Shown: positions 37,825 to 51,579, counted from the first letter of the whole stretch. The stretch is DNA of 63,301 nucleotides, filler included, from Octopus bimaculoides (GCF_001194135.2; 5 parts of 5 records of this genome joined end to end with filler, not necessarily neighbours in it); one strand, 5' to 3'. A program made the numbers and translations. The notes: a model not told the origin generated them from the sequence alone.

Positions 37825-39216
37825 AACATGTATATACATATATCAGTACATAAATAATATTTCCTTCTAGTGACGTAATGTAATAGGTATGTACGATAAG
37901 CGTTCGTTCTGATTTACTACTAAAACTCCAACTAGAGCTGTAACGAAAACCAGAGTGGTGTTGTAGCTGCCTAGCAAACAATGGCTATAAATGTTTCATC
38001 ATTGAGCAGGAGGATATCCAAAAGAAAGAATGAACTAACAAAACATCTCGTATCATTGAAACGTAATTCCATAGCTTTAAGAGTAAATAAGGGATCATGA
38101 AGTAAGGCATAAAGTCTTTTAGAGCTGTTTCTAGAATAGCTGTGCATATGGTGCATAGGCCATTGAAAAAAGATTTCCATTTAAGTCAACTATTCCCTCT
38201 TCAGAAACGAAAAATTAAGGAATGTCCTTAATAAAGGGTATTAGTAGTTACCGTTTCCATCGTCGAAGACATTACAAAGGATATTAGTTACCAGTTCTAT
38301 CGCTGCAGAATTAAATAACATCCTAAAAGGTAACAGTAGTTACAAGTTCTATCGAGGATGGAACTAATAACTACAGTGATCTTTTACTTAGGATATTCCT
38401 TAATTCTTCGACCGTAACGTTTTATTCCATTTTGCTTCAAGCCAGCCATACTCGACTACATCCATGATTAAAGACGCTTCGTTCACTAACTTGGTGATTT
38501 TAGTCTAGTCTAGTCGTAGTCTACCTTGGATGACATCCAATAAATGCATTAAAAAGCTGTTAAGGTGTCCTTTGAGGAATATTTGACTAACATTTGTAGC
38601 AACGTCGAAGCGGCTGAAAATTGGCTTCAATTACAACTGTTGAAGATTATTGTGCTTTAAGAGATATCTGATAATATGTGAAAGCCCTTTGGTCAGTATA
38701 GCCTAAAGTAAAGGTAATTTTCAAAGTCGCTAGATCTACTCTAAATTAATTTCACACAAATAAATACGGCCATGCATTTAGGAGGAACGTATTATGGATA
38801 TTATCAGTTCTAGTATTTAACGTGTAACATTCTCTTCTGTCGTTGCGAAATATGACCTCATTCAAATAACTGTGAGGTCCTCTTTTGATTTTACTGACGT
38901 CCTGAGGGCACAATGTAAATGTAATATCGTGACCCACTTCACTGAGGTTTCACTTTACCTGGGCACACCTTGATACTTGTATCTATCGTTCTTCCTACAG
39001 TATGCAATCAGATTCTTCAAGTGGTGTGAACTGTAACAAAATAATTTCCCCAAGAATAAAGATAATTATTGGTGAATGCACGGCCTCATGGGACTAGGCC
39101 CAATCCCAGTGTGCTGCATCTTGAACAAATCTCTTTTATAATGACCATTGCTTGACAAATATTTGTGAGAATGTGTGAAATTTGGCTGATGGAATTTGGG
39201 TGTAAAGCCATCACGC

Positions 39217-39295
<79 letters not shown>

Positions 39296-41635
39296 ATGTA
39301 TGTGTGTGTGTATGTGTGTGTGCGTGCGTATGCGTGTGTGTATATGTATATATATGTGTGTATTTGTATATATGCGTATATGTGAGTTTGTGCATACGAA
39401 GTGTGGTGACTGTCTCGCTTTGCAAATAAGAATGTAAAGCGATAAGACGAGTTAAGTCTCCTTAAATTAAGAAAGAACATAAATTTGATTACTAACAGAT
39501 AATAATGCACCAAGGTGAAATAAATGCTAGGCGTATTATGGTCGAATTTTGAAAGCGGAGTTCCAGGCATGGATGCAGGCATGGTTTTGTGGTTTAGAAT
39601 TTCGATTCAGAACTATTTAATTTTACCATATTCTGGGGTCAACTAAAGCCTGTCTGAAATATAGTATACACAAACTATATGGAAGTGTATCGTAACGATT
39701 GTTACTATTTGGTGGCAAACTTGATCCGAAGTCTGTATAACGCAAAACAAGGGATGACACATCAAATAATGCAGTTTAAGATATACTATGTTTGAAAAAT
39801 AAAAAAACGGATGGTCAGAGGCTGGATACCATATATCATAATTCTGCTTAGTCAGTCCTAACCTGGGTTAAACAAAAACAAAGATAAATAATCAAAAGAG
39901 CTTCTTCTTAGCTTATCAAGGAACTAGACATCGCAGTCAAATTTACCTCAAATTACTCTTTACAGGAAAAGGAGCGACCCATTGGATAATATAGACTTTG
40001 ATATAAAATGACGAGGTAATCGTAGATGGTACGCTTTTATCACGGGTGTACTTAATCAGAACTCGCCTGGGATTAAACGATGGCTACTCTACGTGATAAC
40101 TGGCTTAATTTTGAACTTTATATGCAGTTCTTGAATCTGTAAGTTTGCTCTAAATAATTACGTATTTTCTCACAGGCAGTGTGGCAGCTGAATTAGCGGT
40201 TCTTTAAACTACAATAATTTACATATTGGGTTTAATTGCATTATCCCCTTGGTTGTAAACCCGGAGAATCATAATTCTAGATATCGAAAGGATAATAGAT
40301 ATAATACCTTTCCATTGATTGAGTCAACTATGACACATCTGACTTACGAAATATACTTGACTTTATGACAAATGATAAAACTGTGGATTGGTAGAATTGA
40401 TGGATGACAAAATGATTTGCATTATTTGTTCTTGTTCTCTACTACTGCAGTCTACTTTGCTGTTCATCCACCAGTGATCGATAAAAGTACTTCCCTGGCA
40501 GATAATACTGGAGGAGATGCTAGCGAAATAGGCAAAATGTTTTGCGTTATTTGTCTTCGTTATTTACGTTCTGAGTTTGCTTGCAAGTGTCAATGATTCA
40601 AATATGCATTGATCCTCGTCTCGAAAAACATACAGCGTACAGAGAGAAGTAGTGGAGTAGCAGGTTGGGGCCCGAAGGGTAGTGGCTCTGTACGCTAAAT
40701 TCATAGAGGCACAACATGTCAAAAGCCTGAGAAAAAAATAGTGCTTCTCCTTGTAACAATGTCTTGCTCCGGATGCTGGCAACTAAGTCATGTTTAAGGA
40801 ATGGAGATACTGATGCATGAACTGGTACTTAAAAACAAAAAGGAAAAAAGAAAAAAAAACTTACCCCGGCTTACATGATGTAGAGGAATTTTCAAAGGGT
40901 AGAAGCACTGGCATCTCTGACAAGCGGAGCTATTACATTACAAGAGAAATGGAAATTTATTTTCTCAAGTTAATAGTTAACAACAAGTAACTAACCATCG
41001 TAACGTTGCAAAATCTCTGACTTCTAATCCTTTAGATCAATAATTACCGACGCTTAAAAACTTGAAGCCTTTTGTCCGTATTATTTTGATAACTTGTGAT
41101 AGAGCAACCTTTGACAGCTCGCAGGCTACATTACAATGTAAAAGCAATGATGCAAAAGTATTCTATAATTTTGATAGTGAATGAGCATTTAATAGGTGAC
41201 TAACAGAATAAACATGGATTTGAAGTAGCACTTAACGAAACATTGGCAAACATCAATCAGTTAATTCTACAAGTAATTAAGTGTATTACTTGAGAGAAGA
41301 TTAGATTCTGCCAAGTTAAACATAAACAGGTACCCTGCAACAGTAATAGCTGCGAGCAATGATTATAACTTTTACTTACGAGTCGGTAATTTAACTAAGT
41401 AAACATTTACTCTAAACTTTATATAATAACGAAAATTTTGTAAGAGAGAAGTGTCTGTAATCAATTGAATTAGCTGTAGATACGTATGTTATCAGCATTA
41501 AAAAACAATCATCAGTACATTCGTCTAAAGGCATACAAAACATCCCAATATGTATGCCGAAGACTGAGTTAGCAAACTTTACATAAAATAACGCATTCAT
41601 TGTGAATGTCCATGATCACCAATATCAAAATCTTC

Positions 41636-41669
<34 letters not shown>

Positions 41670-41727
41670 CTGGTAGTGAACAAGTAACGTCTCAGTACAT
41701 CTTTAGCGTTAGAAGCTGTGCAAAGAC
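41670..41727 (+). mobile_element. R4/Dong subfamily A, extreme 3' end only
   Basis: ctggtagtgaac..gtacatctttagcgttagaagctgtgcaaagac between (AAC)n and (AAT)n. Confidence 0.8.
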
Positions 41728-41839
41728 AATAATAATAATAATGATAATAATAATAATAATGATGATGATGATAATAACAACAACAACAACAACAACAACA
41801 ACAATAATAATAATAATAATGATAATAATAATAATAATG

Positions 41840-41920
<81 letters not shown>

Positions 41921-41922
<2 letters not shown>

Positions 41923-42362
41923 TGACATGAGTATTCCTTGCGATCATAATATAGCGGCGAAAGAATTTGACAAGATCAGAAAATATAAAGACTTGCCAAT
42001 AGAAATTGAAAAAAATGTAGCATCTCAAGGCGACTACCGTACCAGTGATTGTAGGATCTATAGGAATGATTAAAAAAGGTACTGAAACCTATATGAAAAT
42101 GATACCAGGCTTACCATCCCTACAGGAAGTGCAAACATTCGTGTTAACTGGAACGACTCGTGTACTGAGAAGAGCATTATCGCTGTGAAAACAACATCCA
42201 TTCTAGAATTTATTTATTTATTAATTTTTTTATTAAATACATATTTTACCTGTGAATTTGCGTGTGTAAACTGGGAATGCATACAATGAGCTTCTCAGCC
42301 ATAAGTGTACGGAAAACACTCGGCGAGAAATGGAAGAAAATTTGAAGAAAGAAGGAAAAAAA
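41921..42362 (+). mobile_element. R4/Dong subfamily D-like 3' fragment
   Basis: IDMSIPCDHNIAAKEFDKIRKYKDL..VPVIVGSIGMIKKG..LTGTTRVLRRALSL*; starts directly after (AAT)n. Confidence 0.85.
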
Positions 42363-42372
42363 CAATAATAAT

Positions 42373-42495
42373 AAATGCCCTGATGCTGTACCAATGTCCT
42401 AACGCAGTACCAGGCAGTGGCTCTCATGGCTTCTGATCTTAACTGATTAGAAATGATATCATATATATTGCTTCGTCTTCGTATAAAAGATGAGT
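42373..42495 (-). mobile_element. Repeat X, truncated second copy
   Basis: Matches 11191-11290. Confidence 0.7.
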
Positions 42496-42864
42496 TAAAG
42501 CAAATATTTAATTTGCTCCCGAATGTTTTAATGTTAACTTCATTCGTGTATATTTTAATGTTTTGACTTATTTCTAGCAATGTTTTGACATACCGATGCT
42601 CCCCTCTCCCCGATGATGGAAGATGCAGCGAATACGCCGTTTTCTGATTGGCTGAAAATTTTGAAAATTAACAAAATTTTGAACACCTGTAACATTTTTG
42701 TAAAAATTTACTGGAATAAATGAATAACAAATTCGGGTTCTGCGTCAAACATTACATCTATATAATAAACTAAAATAATTTTTTAAGAATAATTGCAAAC
42801 AGAGACGAAGACCACCAAGAAAATAGTAACTGGACCCCGACCTGCTGGGTTATGAGCTGTTTAC

Positions 42865-42964
42865 AGTGAAAATAAGAGCTCCACAACAAACCACAGCACA
42901 TACACAAGGCACACAGAGCTGCACTTGGTAGTGCAGTGACAGCACGTGGTAAAAATAAGACTAA

Positions 42965-42970
<6 letters not shown>
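42865..42970 (+). mobile_element. R4/Dong subfamily B 3' UTR
   Basis: taagagctccacaacaaaccacagcacatacacaaggcacacagagctgc..ggtagtg followed by (AAT)n. Confidence 0.85.
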
Positions 42971-43020
<50 letters not shown>

Positions 43021-43021
<1 letters not shown>

Positions 43022-43420
43022 GAAAAAACCTCACATTCTATTGTTAAGAACGCTTGCAAGTTTGCAAGGGAACTTGGTATTAACTCTGAACTAGATGAAG
43101 AACCGGAAACCACTGCCACCAAACAAGCAAACCGGATTAAGCAGACTACAAAAAATAACAGGGAGAAACAAATTGAGGAGCGGTGGAGCTAGAAGCCTCT
43201 GCATGGACAGTATATACTTCGAAGCCGAAATGCTGATGTAGAACAAGCAACAACCCCTCAGTGGCTCAAAAGTTCAGGACTGAAAGTAGAGACTGAAAGT
43301 TTCATGTTGGTGGCACAAGATCAAAGCTTACTTACCAAAAACTACCAGGCCAACGTTCTCCAAAATGGTTCTGAGCCTAAATGCAGATTCTGCGATACAT
43401 TAAACGAAACGGCAACCTTT
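43021..43420 (+). mobile_element. R4/Dong subfamily D, internal fragment
   Basis: KPLHGQY..QWLKSSGLKVETESFMLVAQDQSLLTKNYQANVLQNGSEPKCRFCD; collinear with the reverse complement of 18230-18580. Confidence 0.88.
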
Positions 43421-43840
43421 AACTCTGCTGTGCATGCGCACTAAATTTTAACGTTCCAACTCACTTCCGCTGTTTAAGACAGTGCTTTGAATGAGGGTGT
43501 GTAACGTGTGATCGTCGCATTGAGTATGACAGACTTGAGCAGAGAATCTGTTCAGAGGCCTACGGAAAGTTTTCAAAAGGTTTTCATCGTTCTTGACACA
43601 ATCAAGGAGATCTTGCGCAACTGAAAGTCGAGTGTCTTTTTGGTCAGCTGAAAGCAGTTTTGGCACGAACTTTGTAAACACGCGTCGCATAACTAAATCC
43701 TCATTGATAATGGACTGGACTGAACCGTAACTAATCTGCATATCCTCTGATAGCACATCCTCTCACAGCTTCACGCACATCTGCGATGTTTTTCTCAGTT
43801 CTGCTGGTTGAAGTTCTCCCAGAATATTCGTCAATATCTC
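43421..43840 (-). mobile_element. Mariner transposase fragment, internally deleted
   Basis: SGRTSTSRTEKNIADV..ISYGSVQSII.EDLVMRRVFTKFVPKLLSADQKDTRLSVAQDLL (WVPHEL-equivalent region); the DD34D catalytic region is missing. Confidence 0.85.
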
Positions 43841-46251
43841 CAAGAAGTTAAGGAGATAAACAAAGAACATGTTGGCTCTACTACACCATAGAAGTTACTA
43901 AATTATCAAGAAGACTCTGCTTGTCACTGATTTTATATGTTTTTATGGGATCAGTTTTAATTTATAGACTAGTTTATCAAATCCTTGTATATCTAACGCT
44001 GAGAGGATAAAGGGCAGTATCTGTTAGGGGTAGGGCTGAGAGAGCAGACAGAAATCACAGTTGGTATAGTCATAAAAATCAAGATTTATTAGAAGCAATA
44101 TAGTCACATACCTATGTATGCGTATACACACATATTTATAAGGAAATAGACTAAAAATAACGATAAAACAAAAGTTAAAAGACGATATTTAAGTCATCGA
44201 AGCTTTTTGAATGACTGAGCTGAGCACTCAGCGACCCTATTCACTTGACCGTTTCTCAAATAATGTTCGAATGTGACTGAATGCATCACAAAACTTGTTT
44301 TTGAGACATTTCTTTTCAATACCAACATCTTGAAGGCATTCTTTTGAGAGTTCCATATGATGTCTTAATTTGTATTTACTAGTCGTCTATTTTTTTGTAT
44401 GTTGTTTATAAACAGTCATTTTAATTTCTTGAGAGAGTTTGCAACACAATAGATGCATAATTTTGTCTATTAATTGTTTGTTTGATTTTCAAAGAACAGT
44501 GATCTTAGTTCATCTTTGTCTTCTCCGTTTTCTTTATTATATTCTAGAGAAAATATTTCGTTGTCCTTTTGAAGACATTGTAGTCTTATATGTTTTTGTT
44601 GTTTTATGTTATGTCAGTTTTGTCTGTAATTTTTTCTCTTATTTATTGCTTCCTCATTTCAAGATGAAAATATGTTACTGTTGGTTTGTATTGGCAAAAA
44701 GCGAAGTATTTGTGATATTAGATCTAAAGATACTTCCTTTGCTTTCCCCAGAGTTTTGGCTAATGGTGCTCTAAAACTGGTTTGTTATTATTTTTGTTGC
44801 GGTTGAATTTCATTATTTTTCTTTTCTTTTATTTATGCTTCATGTTTCCGTTTCTTTAGCTCTAATGTATATTTTACTTTACCTAATTAACTAATACAAT
44901 TGGGCTTTCTACCTTGTACCATGAATCTCATACACTTTGTTTCGGTTACAAGTATGGGTCTGCGAACCTCTGGAGTCATTAAGACATGTAAGTTTTCCTT
45001 GATGCCATCTCTGATAATAGTTTATCGGTTAAGCCTGCTTTTATTACTTTCCTTTATAATGGCAAAAAGATAACTCAGTACTAGACATAAGTCTATGTTA
45101 TGTTCACTGTTTCTTATAGGTTACTTGTATTTCTATGATCCATGTACTATGACACGAAATGTCAGAGGTACGTTTACAATTTCAGCCCAAATTTTTGCAA
45201 TTATTTCAGTTTTAAAATGTCAAAACTTTTGCTTTTTCGCTTTCTTAATTGAGATAATTCTTCTTTTCAATATATCCTGGTGGGCTTGTATTTCATGATG
45301 TGAGAGAAGATTTAATCCGTTTCCACTTTTTCGTGAGCAGAGATATAATTATAATCTTTGCCCAATTTTGGATTATCTCTTTGATAAAAAAAAATTATGT
45401 TGTGTTTTACAAAATTCCCTTGTGTACATGTTTCCCTGTAATTCTGATATGTTAAAATTTCCATCTATTCATTTTATACTGAAGTAAGTTTTGTTTTCAA
45501 ACATCTGCGCTATAAACGGACAGCTATTTCTGGAATTGGTGTAAGAGTTATATTTGCTACTGTTGCGGCTATTTTAGTTATTGTCAGTGCCTTACAAAAT
45601 ATCTGAATATTTGGAGTTATTTTCTTCTAATAATTGTTCACTAATCTATCAATTCTTTTCTTCTTGTATATTTTATTGTGTTGAATTTTCGTCACTTTGG
45701 TGTCTTGTCGTGAGGTATGATTATGTCTGGTAATCATTTTGGATGTGAAAATATATTGTGTGCAAAAGAAGTTTTAAAAGTTTGTGAGACAAATATTCTT
45801 TCTGTTATATTGTGTTATATTCTTTCTTACAAGGTATTGAGGACAGTCCCGCCTTAGGCAATTTTAGTTCTTTTTACAATTACTTCAAAGTAAATGTCAT
45901 TGGATAATGTTTGAATAAAACATGTTTCGAAGACAGGACGAAGATAAAAAGTCTTCACACTACGAGGGACACTTTGTAATTTAAGCACAAAGCCAAAAAT
46001 TTCGAGAAGAGTGAATAGTCGATACCATCTACTCCAGTTCTTGTATACTTCATTCCATCGATCCCAGAGTGGTGAAAATAAAATAAGGTACTAGACGAGT
46101 ACTGTGGTCTATGATATCCACTAAACTCCTTCTGTCAAAATTGTTGGGTTATTGCTTGCGATAATAATAATAATCATATCTATTATAAGCACAAGGTGTG
46201 AATTTTTGGGATAAGATTGTCTGACTGGTGTTTATTTTATCGATTACGATG

Positions 46252-46302
<51 letters not shown>

Positions 46303-46310
46303 TGATGATG

Positions 46311-46396
<86 letters not shown>

Positions 46397-46520
46397 AAGA
46401 AGAAGAAGAAAGTATTAGATAGTTGAAAAGAACGGATAGTACGGTACCGTAGGCTGCAGGTAGCAAGACCGCCATGCATGCAAGATTCCAAGAACTCCAA
46501 CAAAATCTGTGATAAAGAGA

Positions 46521-46560
<40 letters not shown>

Positions 46561-46626
46561 GTACTGCAGAATATGTGGCGATGGACAAGAAACAATAAAT
46601 CATATTATCTCTGGCTGCCCAGTCCT
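46561..46626 (+). mobile_element. R4/Dong CCHC-knuckle fragment
   Basis: CRICGDGQETINHIISGCPV directly after (AAT)n, then a gap. Confidence 0.8.
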
Positions 46627-46749
46627 NNNNNNNNNNNNNNNNNNNNNNNNNNNNNNNNNNNNNNNNNNNNTTAATTAATTAANNNNNNNNNNNNNNNNNN
46701 NNNNNNNNNNNNNNNNNNNNNNNNNNTATATATATATATATATATATAT

Positions 46750-47085
46750 CAGCGCCAGTGGATCAAGCACACCAGAGATACGGAGAAGGCTCGTGATAGC
46801 GAGGCAAGCGGTACAAGATATGGAGAACATCTGGAAGAGTCGTGACGTGTCAATGCTGCTGAAGATAAGGCTACTTCGGGCTGCCGCTTTCTCTATTGCG
46901 ACGTACGGCTGCGAGTCGTGGATAATGTTGAAGGCAGACGAGAAAAGAGTGAACAGCTTTTGAGATGTGGTGTTACCGCAGAATGCTTAGAGTGTCGTGG
47001 ACGGAGAGAAGGACGAACAACTGGGTACTAGAAAAGCTCGGTTGCGAGATGAAGCTTTGGCGAAACATCATGGAAAAGAAAGAAA
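46750..47085 (+). mobile_element. RTE-clade LINE fragment (RT C-terminal region)
   Basis: PEIRRRLVIARQ..IWKSRDVSMLLKIRLL..IATYGCESW..FEMWCYRRMLRVSWTERRTNNWVL, with frameshifts. Confidence 0.88.
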
Positions 47086-47089
47086 TATG

Positions 47090-48667
47090 AGCATGAAGTA
47101 GACGAATAAGAAGGAAAAGAAAGAAAAATACGAAGACAAAAGAGTTGAAGATGAAGAAAATGATGAAGAAGAAGGAAACGAAGAGGTAGGAGGAAGAAGA
47201 GAAGAAGAATATGATGTTGAAGATGATGGAGAAAGAGACTAAGAAGTTGAAGAAAATGGAGGAAAATAAGAGGAAGTAAAACATGATGGTGAAGACAATG
47301 AAGGAAACGAAAGAGAAGGAAAAAGAAGACGAAAAAGGAGAAGAAGAAAAAGAAATAGAAGATGAGAAGACGAAAGTGAAGGAGGAGGAGAAGAAGAAGA
47401 AGGAGAAGAAGTAGAAGATGATGATGAAGGAGACGAATGAGAAGAAGGAAAAGGCGACGAAGAAGAAGGACGGGAAGAAGAAGAAGAAGAAGAAGAAGAA
47501 GAAGAAGAAGAAGAAAAAGAAGAAGAAGAAGAAGAAGAAGCAGAAGAAGAAGTAGTAGTAGAAGAAGAAGAAGTAGAAGAAGAAGAAGTGGAAGAAGAAG
47601 AAAAAGTAGTAGTAGTAGTAGTAGTAGTAGTAGAAGAAGAAGAAGAAGAAGAAGAAGAAGAAGGAGAAGTAGTAGTAGAAGAAGAAGAAGTAGTAGTAGT
47701 AGAAGAAGAAGAAGAAGAAGAAGAAGAAGAAAAAGAAGAAGAAAAAGAAGAAGAAGAAGAAGAAGAAGAAGAAGAAGAAAAAGAAGAAGAAAAAGAATAA
47801 TAATNNNNNNNNNNNNNNNNNNNNNNNNNNNNNNNNNNNNNNNNNNNNNNNNNNNNNNNNNNNNNNNNNNNNNNNNNNNNNNNNNNNNNNNNNNNNNNNN
47901 NNNNNNNNNNNNNNNNNNNNNNNNNNNNNNNNNNNNNNNNNNNNNNNNNNNNNNNNNNNNNNNNNNNNNNNNNNNNNNNNNNNNNNNNNNNNNNNNNNNN
48001 NNNNNNNNNNNNNNNNNNNNNNNNNNNNNNNNNNNNNNNNNNNNNNNNNNNNNNNNNNNNNNNNNNNNNNNNNNNNNNNNNNNNNNNNNNNNNNNNNNNN
48101 NNNNNNNNNNNNNNNNNNNNNNNNNNNNNNNNNNNNNNNNNNNNNNNNNNNNNNNNNNNNNNNNNNNNNNNNNNNNNNNNNNNNNNNNNNNNNNNNNNNN
48201 NNNNNNNNNNNNNNNNNNNNNNNNNNNNNNNNNNNNNNNNNNNNNNNNNNNNNNNNNNNNNNNNNNNNNNNNNNNNNNNNNNNNNNNNNNNNNNNNNNNN
48301 NNNNNNNNNNNNNNNNNNNNNNNNNNNNNNNNNNNNNNNNNNNNNNNNNNNNNNNNNNNNNNNNNNNNNNNNNNNNNNNNNNNNNNNNNNNNNNNNNNNN
48401 NNNNNNNNNNNNNNNNNNNNNNNNNNNNNNNNNNNNNNNNNNNNNNNNNNNNNNNNNNNNNNNNNNNNNNNNNNNNNNNNNNNNNNNNNNNNNNNNNNNN
48501 NNNNNNNNNNNNNNNNNNNNNNNNNNNNNNNNNNNNNNNNNNNNNNNNNGAGAGAGAAGGAAGAGAGAGAGAGAGAGAGAGAGAAGGAAGAGAGAGAGAG
48601 AGAGAAGGAAGGGTGTATGAGAGGTGAAAGGTAGAGGAAGGAGGGAGAAAAAGAGAGAGAAATCGTA

Positions 48668-48712
<45 letters not shown>

Positions 48713-49061
48713 AAAGAGAGAAAATGAGGGAGAGAGAAAGGAGAGGGAGAAAGATGAAAGAGAGAGAAGGGGAGAGGTAAGGAGAGAGGGAGAAAGACGA
48801 GGGAGAAAGCGAGAGAATGAAGAGAAATGAGAGAGAAAGAGAGAAGACGAGAGACAGGGGGAAGGGAAGATGAAAGAGGAGAGGATGGAATGAGAGAGAA
48901 AGAGAGATTGAAAGACCGAAACAAGGTAAAGTGTTCAAAAAGACAAGTTTTGACATTGGACATTTTGACATTTTAATGTTTAGGGAGCGATTGGTTGAGA
49001 CAGAAGAGGCAAAGATGAAGAGTGAGAGAAAGGGAGGAGAGAATGAGAAAAAGGGAGACAG

Positions 49062-49097
<36 letters not shown>

Positions 49098-49190
49098 NNN
49101 NNNNNNNNNNNNNNNNNNNNNNNNNNNNNNNNNNNNNNNNNNNNNNNNNNNNNNNNNNNNNNNNNNNNNNNNNNNNNNNNNNNNNNNNNN

Positions 49191-49238
<48 letters not shown>
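47090..49238. repeat. Polypurine tract: (GAA/GAT/GTA)n, gap, then (GA)n-rich
   Basis: Visible strong purine bias on +; explains the poly-L/S/E/R ORFs. Confidence 0.95.
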
Positions 49239-49242
<4 letters not shown>

Positions 49243-49295
49243 CAAACAAGCGTTGCGTCATTGAAGTATAAGTTTTGGATGTCGAAGTGGGAAAG

Positions 49296-49359
<64 letters not shown>

Positions 49360-51320
49360 CCTACAGCTGTTTCTAGAATAGCTCTATATATGGTGCATGT
49401 TCGCTTATATGTATGCGTATGTATGCATGTATATGCTTATGTGTGAACTCTTTGTTCACACATTTTGTTCACACTTTTTCAGCGTTATTCACATTTCTTT
49501 CTATTCATGCTTTATATAAAACTAAATCAGATATTCTTGTCATTACTATTTATTTAGGCTTACTTACGATTTATTTTATATACGGCATTGTTTTATCCAA
49601 ACATGTCAATAAGCATCGTTTTGGGCTGATAAACGAATATATTATATTACTTATATTATATAAGTGTTGCTTTCGTTGTATCTTTGGTATTAAAACTTTC
49701 TCTTTTCTGCCTTCGTATATTTATATATATTTTTTGTATTTTATAGTATCACAGTTCTTATTTGAAATATGGGATCTGTTTTATAATATCTCTCCTTAGA
49801 TTTCAAAGCGTATTTGCCAACATTCGCCGCCTAACAATTGGATTATTGTCTCTCAATGTTCTAAAGGTTTTTGTTTGTATTAGTTACTGCTTGTGATAAA
49901 TAACTAAGCTCTATAGAAATTCTTCATCATAATTTCACAGTTCTCTCATTGTCCAGTTTTGCATTGTTGATATTCTTCGTTTCCTGACACTTTTCTCTCT
50001 CAGAACAGTTGTCCTGTCTGTGAATATTCAACTCCGCTGCGAGCGCTTCCATTTTTCATATATACAATATAATGACATAATGAATATATGCAAATCTATC
50101 TATCTGTCTGTCTGTCTGTCTGCCTGCATGCCTGCCTGCCTGCCTGTCGTTCTGTCTGCCTGTCTGTCTGTCTGTCTGCCTGTCTATCTATATATCTATT
50201 TATCTATCTACATGGGAATTCATATGACGATGCAAAAACCAAATAAAAAAATTTTTAGCGCGTGATTTAAGGTCTATTTAGCTATTATTTTTAGCACATC
50301 TCACAACCACCGTTTAATAAGCGACAAATGACCGCGTGAGTAAATAGCTTGGTAACAGATTGGCTTGTTATTATGGAAACAGGCATGAATGTGTCTGTGG
50401 CTTACGATTGGCTAAATTACCCGGAATTTGTAAACTTTAAAAGCTATTAACTGTTTATTGATTTATGGCTAAAATGAATTTCATCTCCATGACTAGCGTA
50501 CAAAACTACACCACTACACCTAATATGAAATCAATTGGAACAGAAATTGCAAAAAATTGAAAAGTGGCAGCCAAACGGAAAAAAAGATCCTTATTCAACT
50601 CTGGTGGACCCCTATAGCCTCTCAATGTTTGAAAACTAGTTTTATAGACACCCCTTTCAAAATCAATATTTTGCTTATATCACATTCACTGGTGTAGGTT
50701 GAACTACGTAAAACGTTAGAAAAAGAAATGTTGCTGCTTCTTGCGATAAATACATTTCAATCAAAATTTTTTTCAAGGTCCTTTATGCACATCTGCAGTA
50801 GGAGTTGGACTCAATTTACAGATGGGCTGAGGATAATAATATGCAGTTTAATGCTGAAAAATTCCATCAATTACCAATCAATTACCAATCACGTCTTCCC
50901 CNNNNNNNNNNNNNNNNNNNNNNNNNNNNNNNNNNNNNNNNNNNNTTAATTAATTAANNNNNNNNNNNNNNNNNNNNNNNNNNNNNNNNNNNNNNNNNNN
51001 NTATATATATATACATACATAGATATACATATGTATATATATACATATATATATATACATATATATATTTATATATATATACATAAAAACATACATATAT
51101 ATATATATATGTGCCCACATATGCATTTAGATATGAACGTATTCTTACGGTGTATACGCATACACTCACGCATGCGCACAGACATCACTCCTGTACTCTT
51201 TTACACACACAAATTGTACATAGTTTCATGAACCAAAAGAAACTACAAACGTTATGAAGAATGGCTATACTTATTATAACATAGCAGACAATTACAATAT
51301 GTATAATACATTAGAAATTA

Positions 51321-51579
51321 TAGTCATCTCCCGACTATCGCAGGTGTTACGTTCCAATGCGCCTCCGACTGCCCCGATAGGTGAAAATCCGCTAAGTAGA
51401 AACAGTACTGTACTATATAACTTTTATTATTATTTTTATAATTTGGTTACATTTATTTTATTATAAATGCAAAACAACACTACGGAGGAATCGACGTAAG
51501 CTTAAATAATAAACCGCGATAGGTGAACCGCGATAGGTGAACCGCAATAGGTGAACCGCGATATGGCGAGAGATTACTG
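51321..51579. mobile_element. Tigger/pogo-like MITE
   Basis: TA-flanked imperfect TIRs (tagtcatctcccgactatcgc vs gcgatatggcgagagattactg) and an internal 14-bp tandem GAACCGCGATAGGT. Confidence 0.75.

Noticed and set aside
44300-45900. A-rich minus-strand stretch possibly a LINE ORF1 (..MRFMVQGRKPNC..) or a Penelope ORF
   Set aside because: Too decayed to assign; only one weak motif.
47028-48971. 647-aa and 574-aa minus-strand ORFs, the longest in the track
   Set aside because: They are poly-L/S frames from GAA/GA repeats spanning a long N gap; no domain content.
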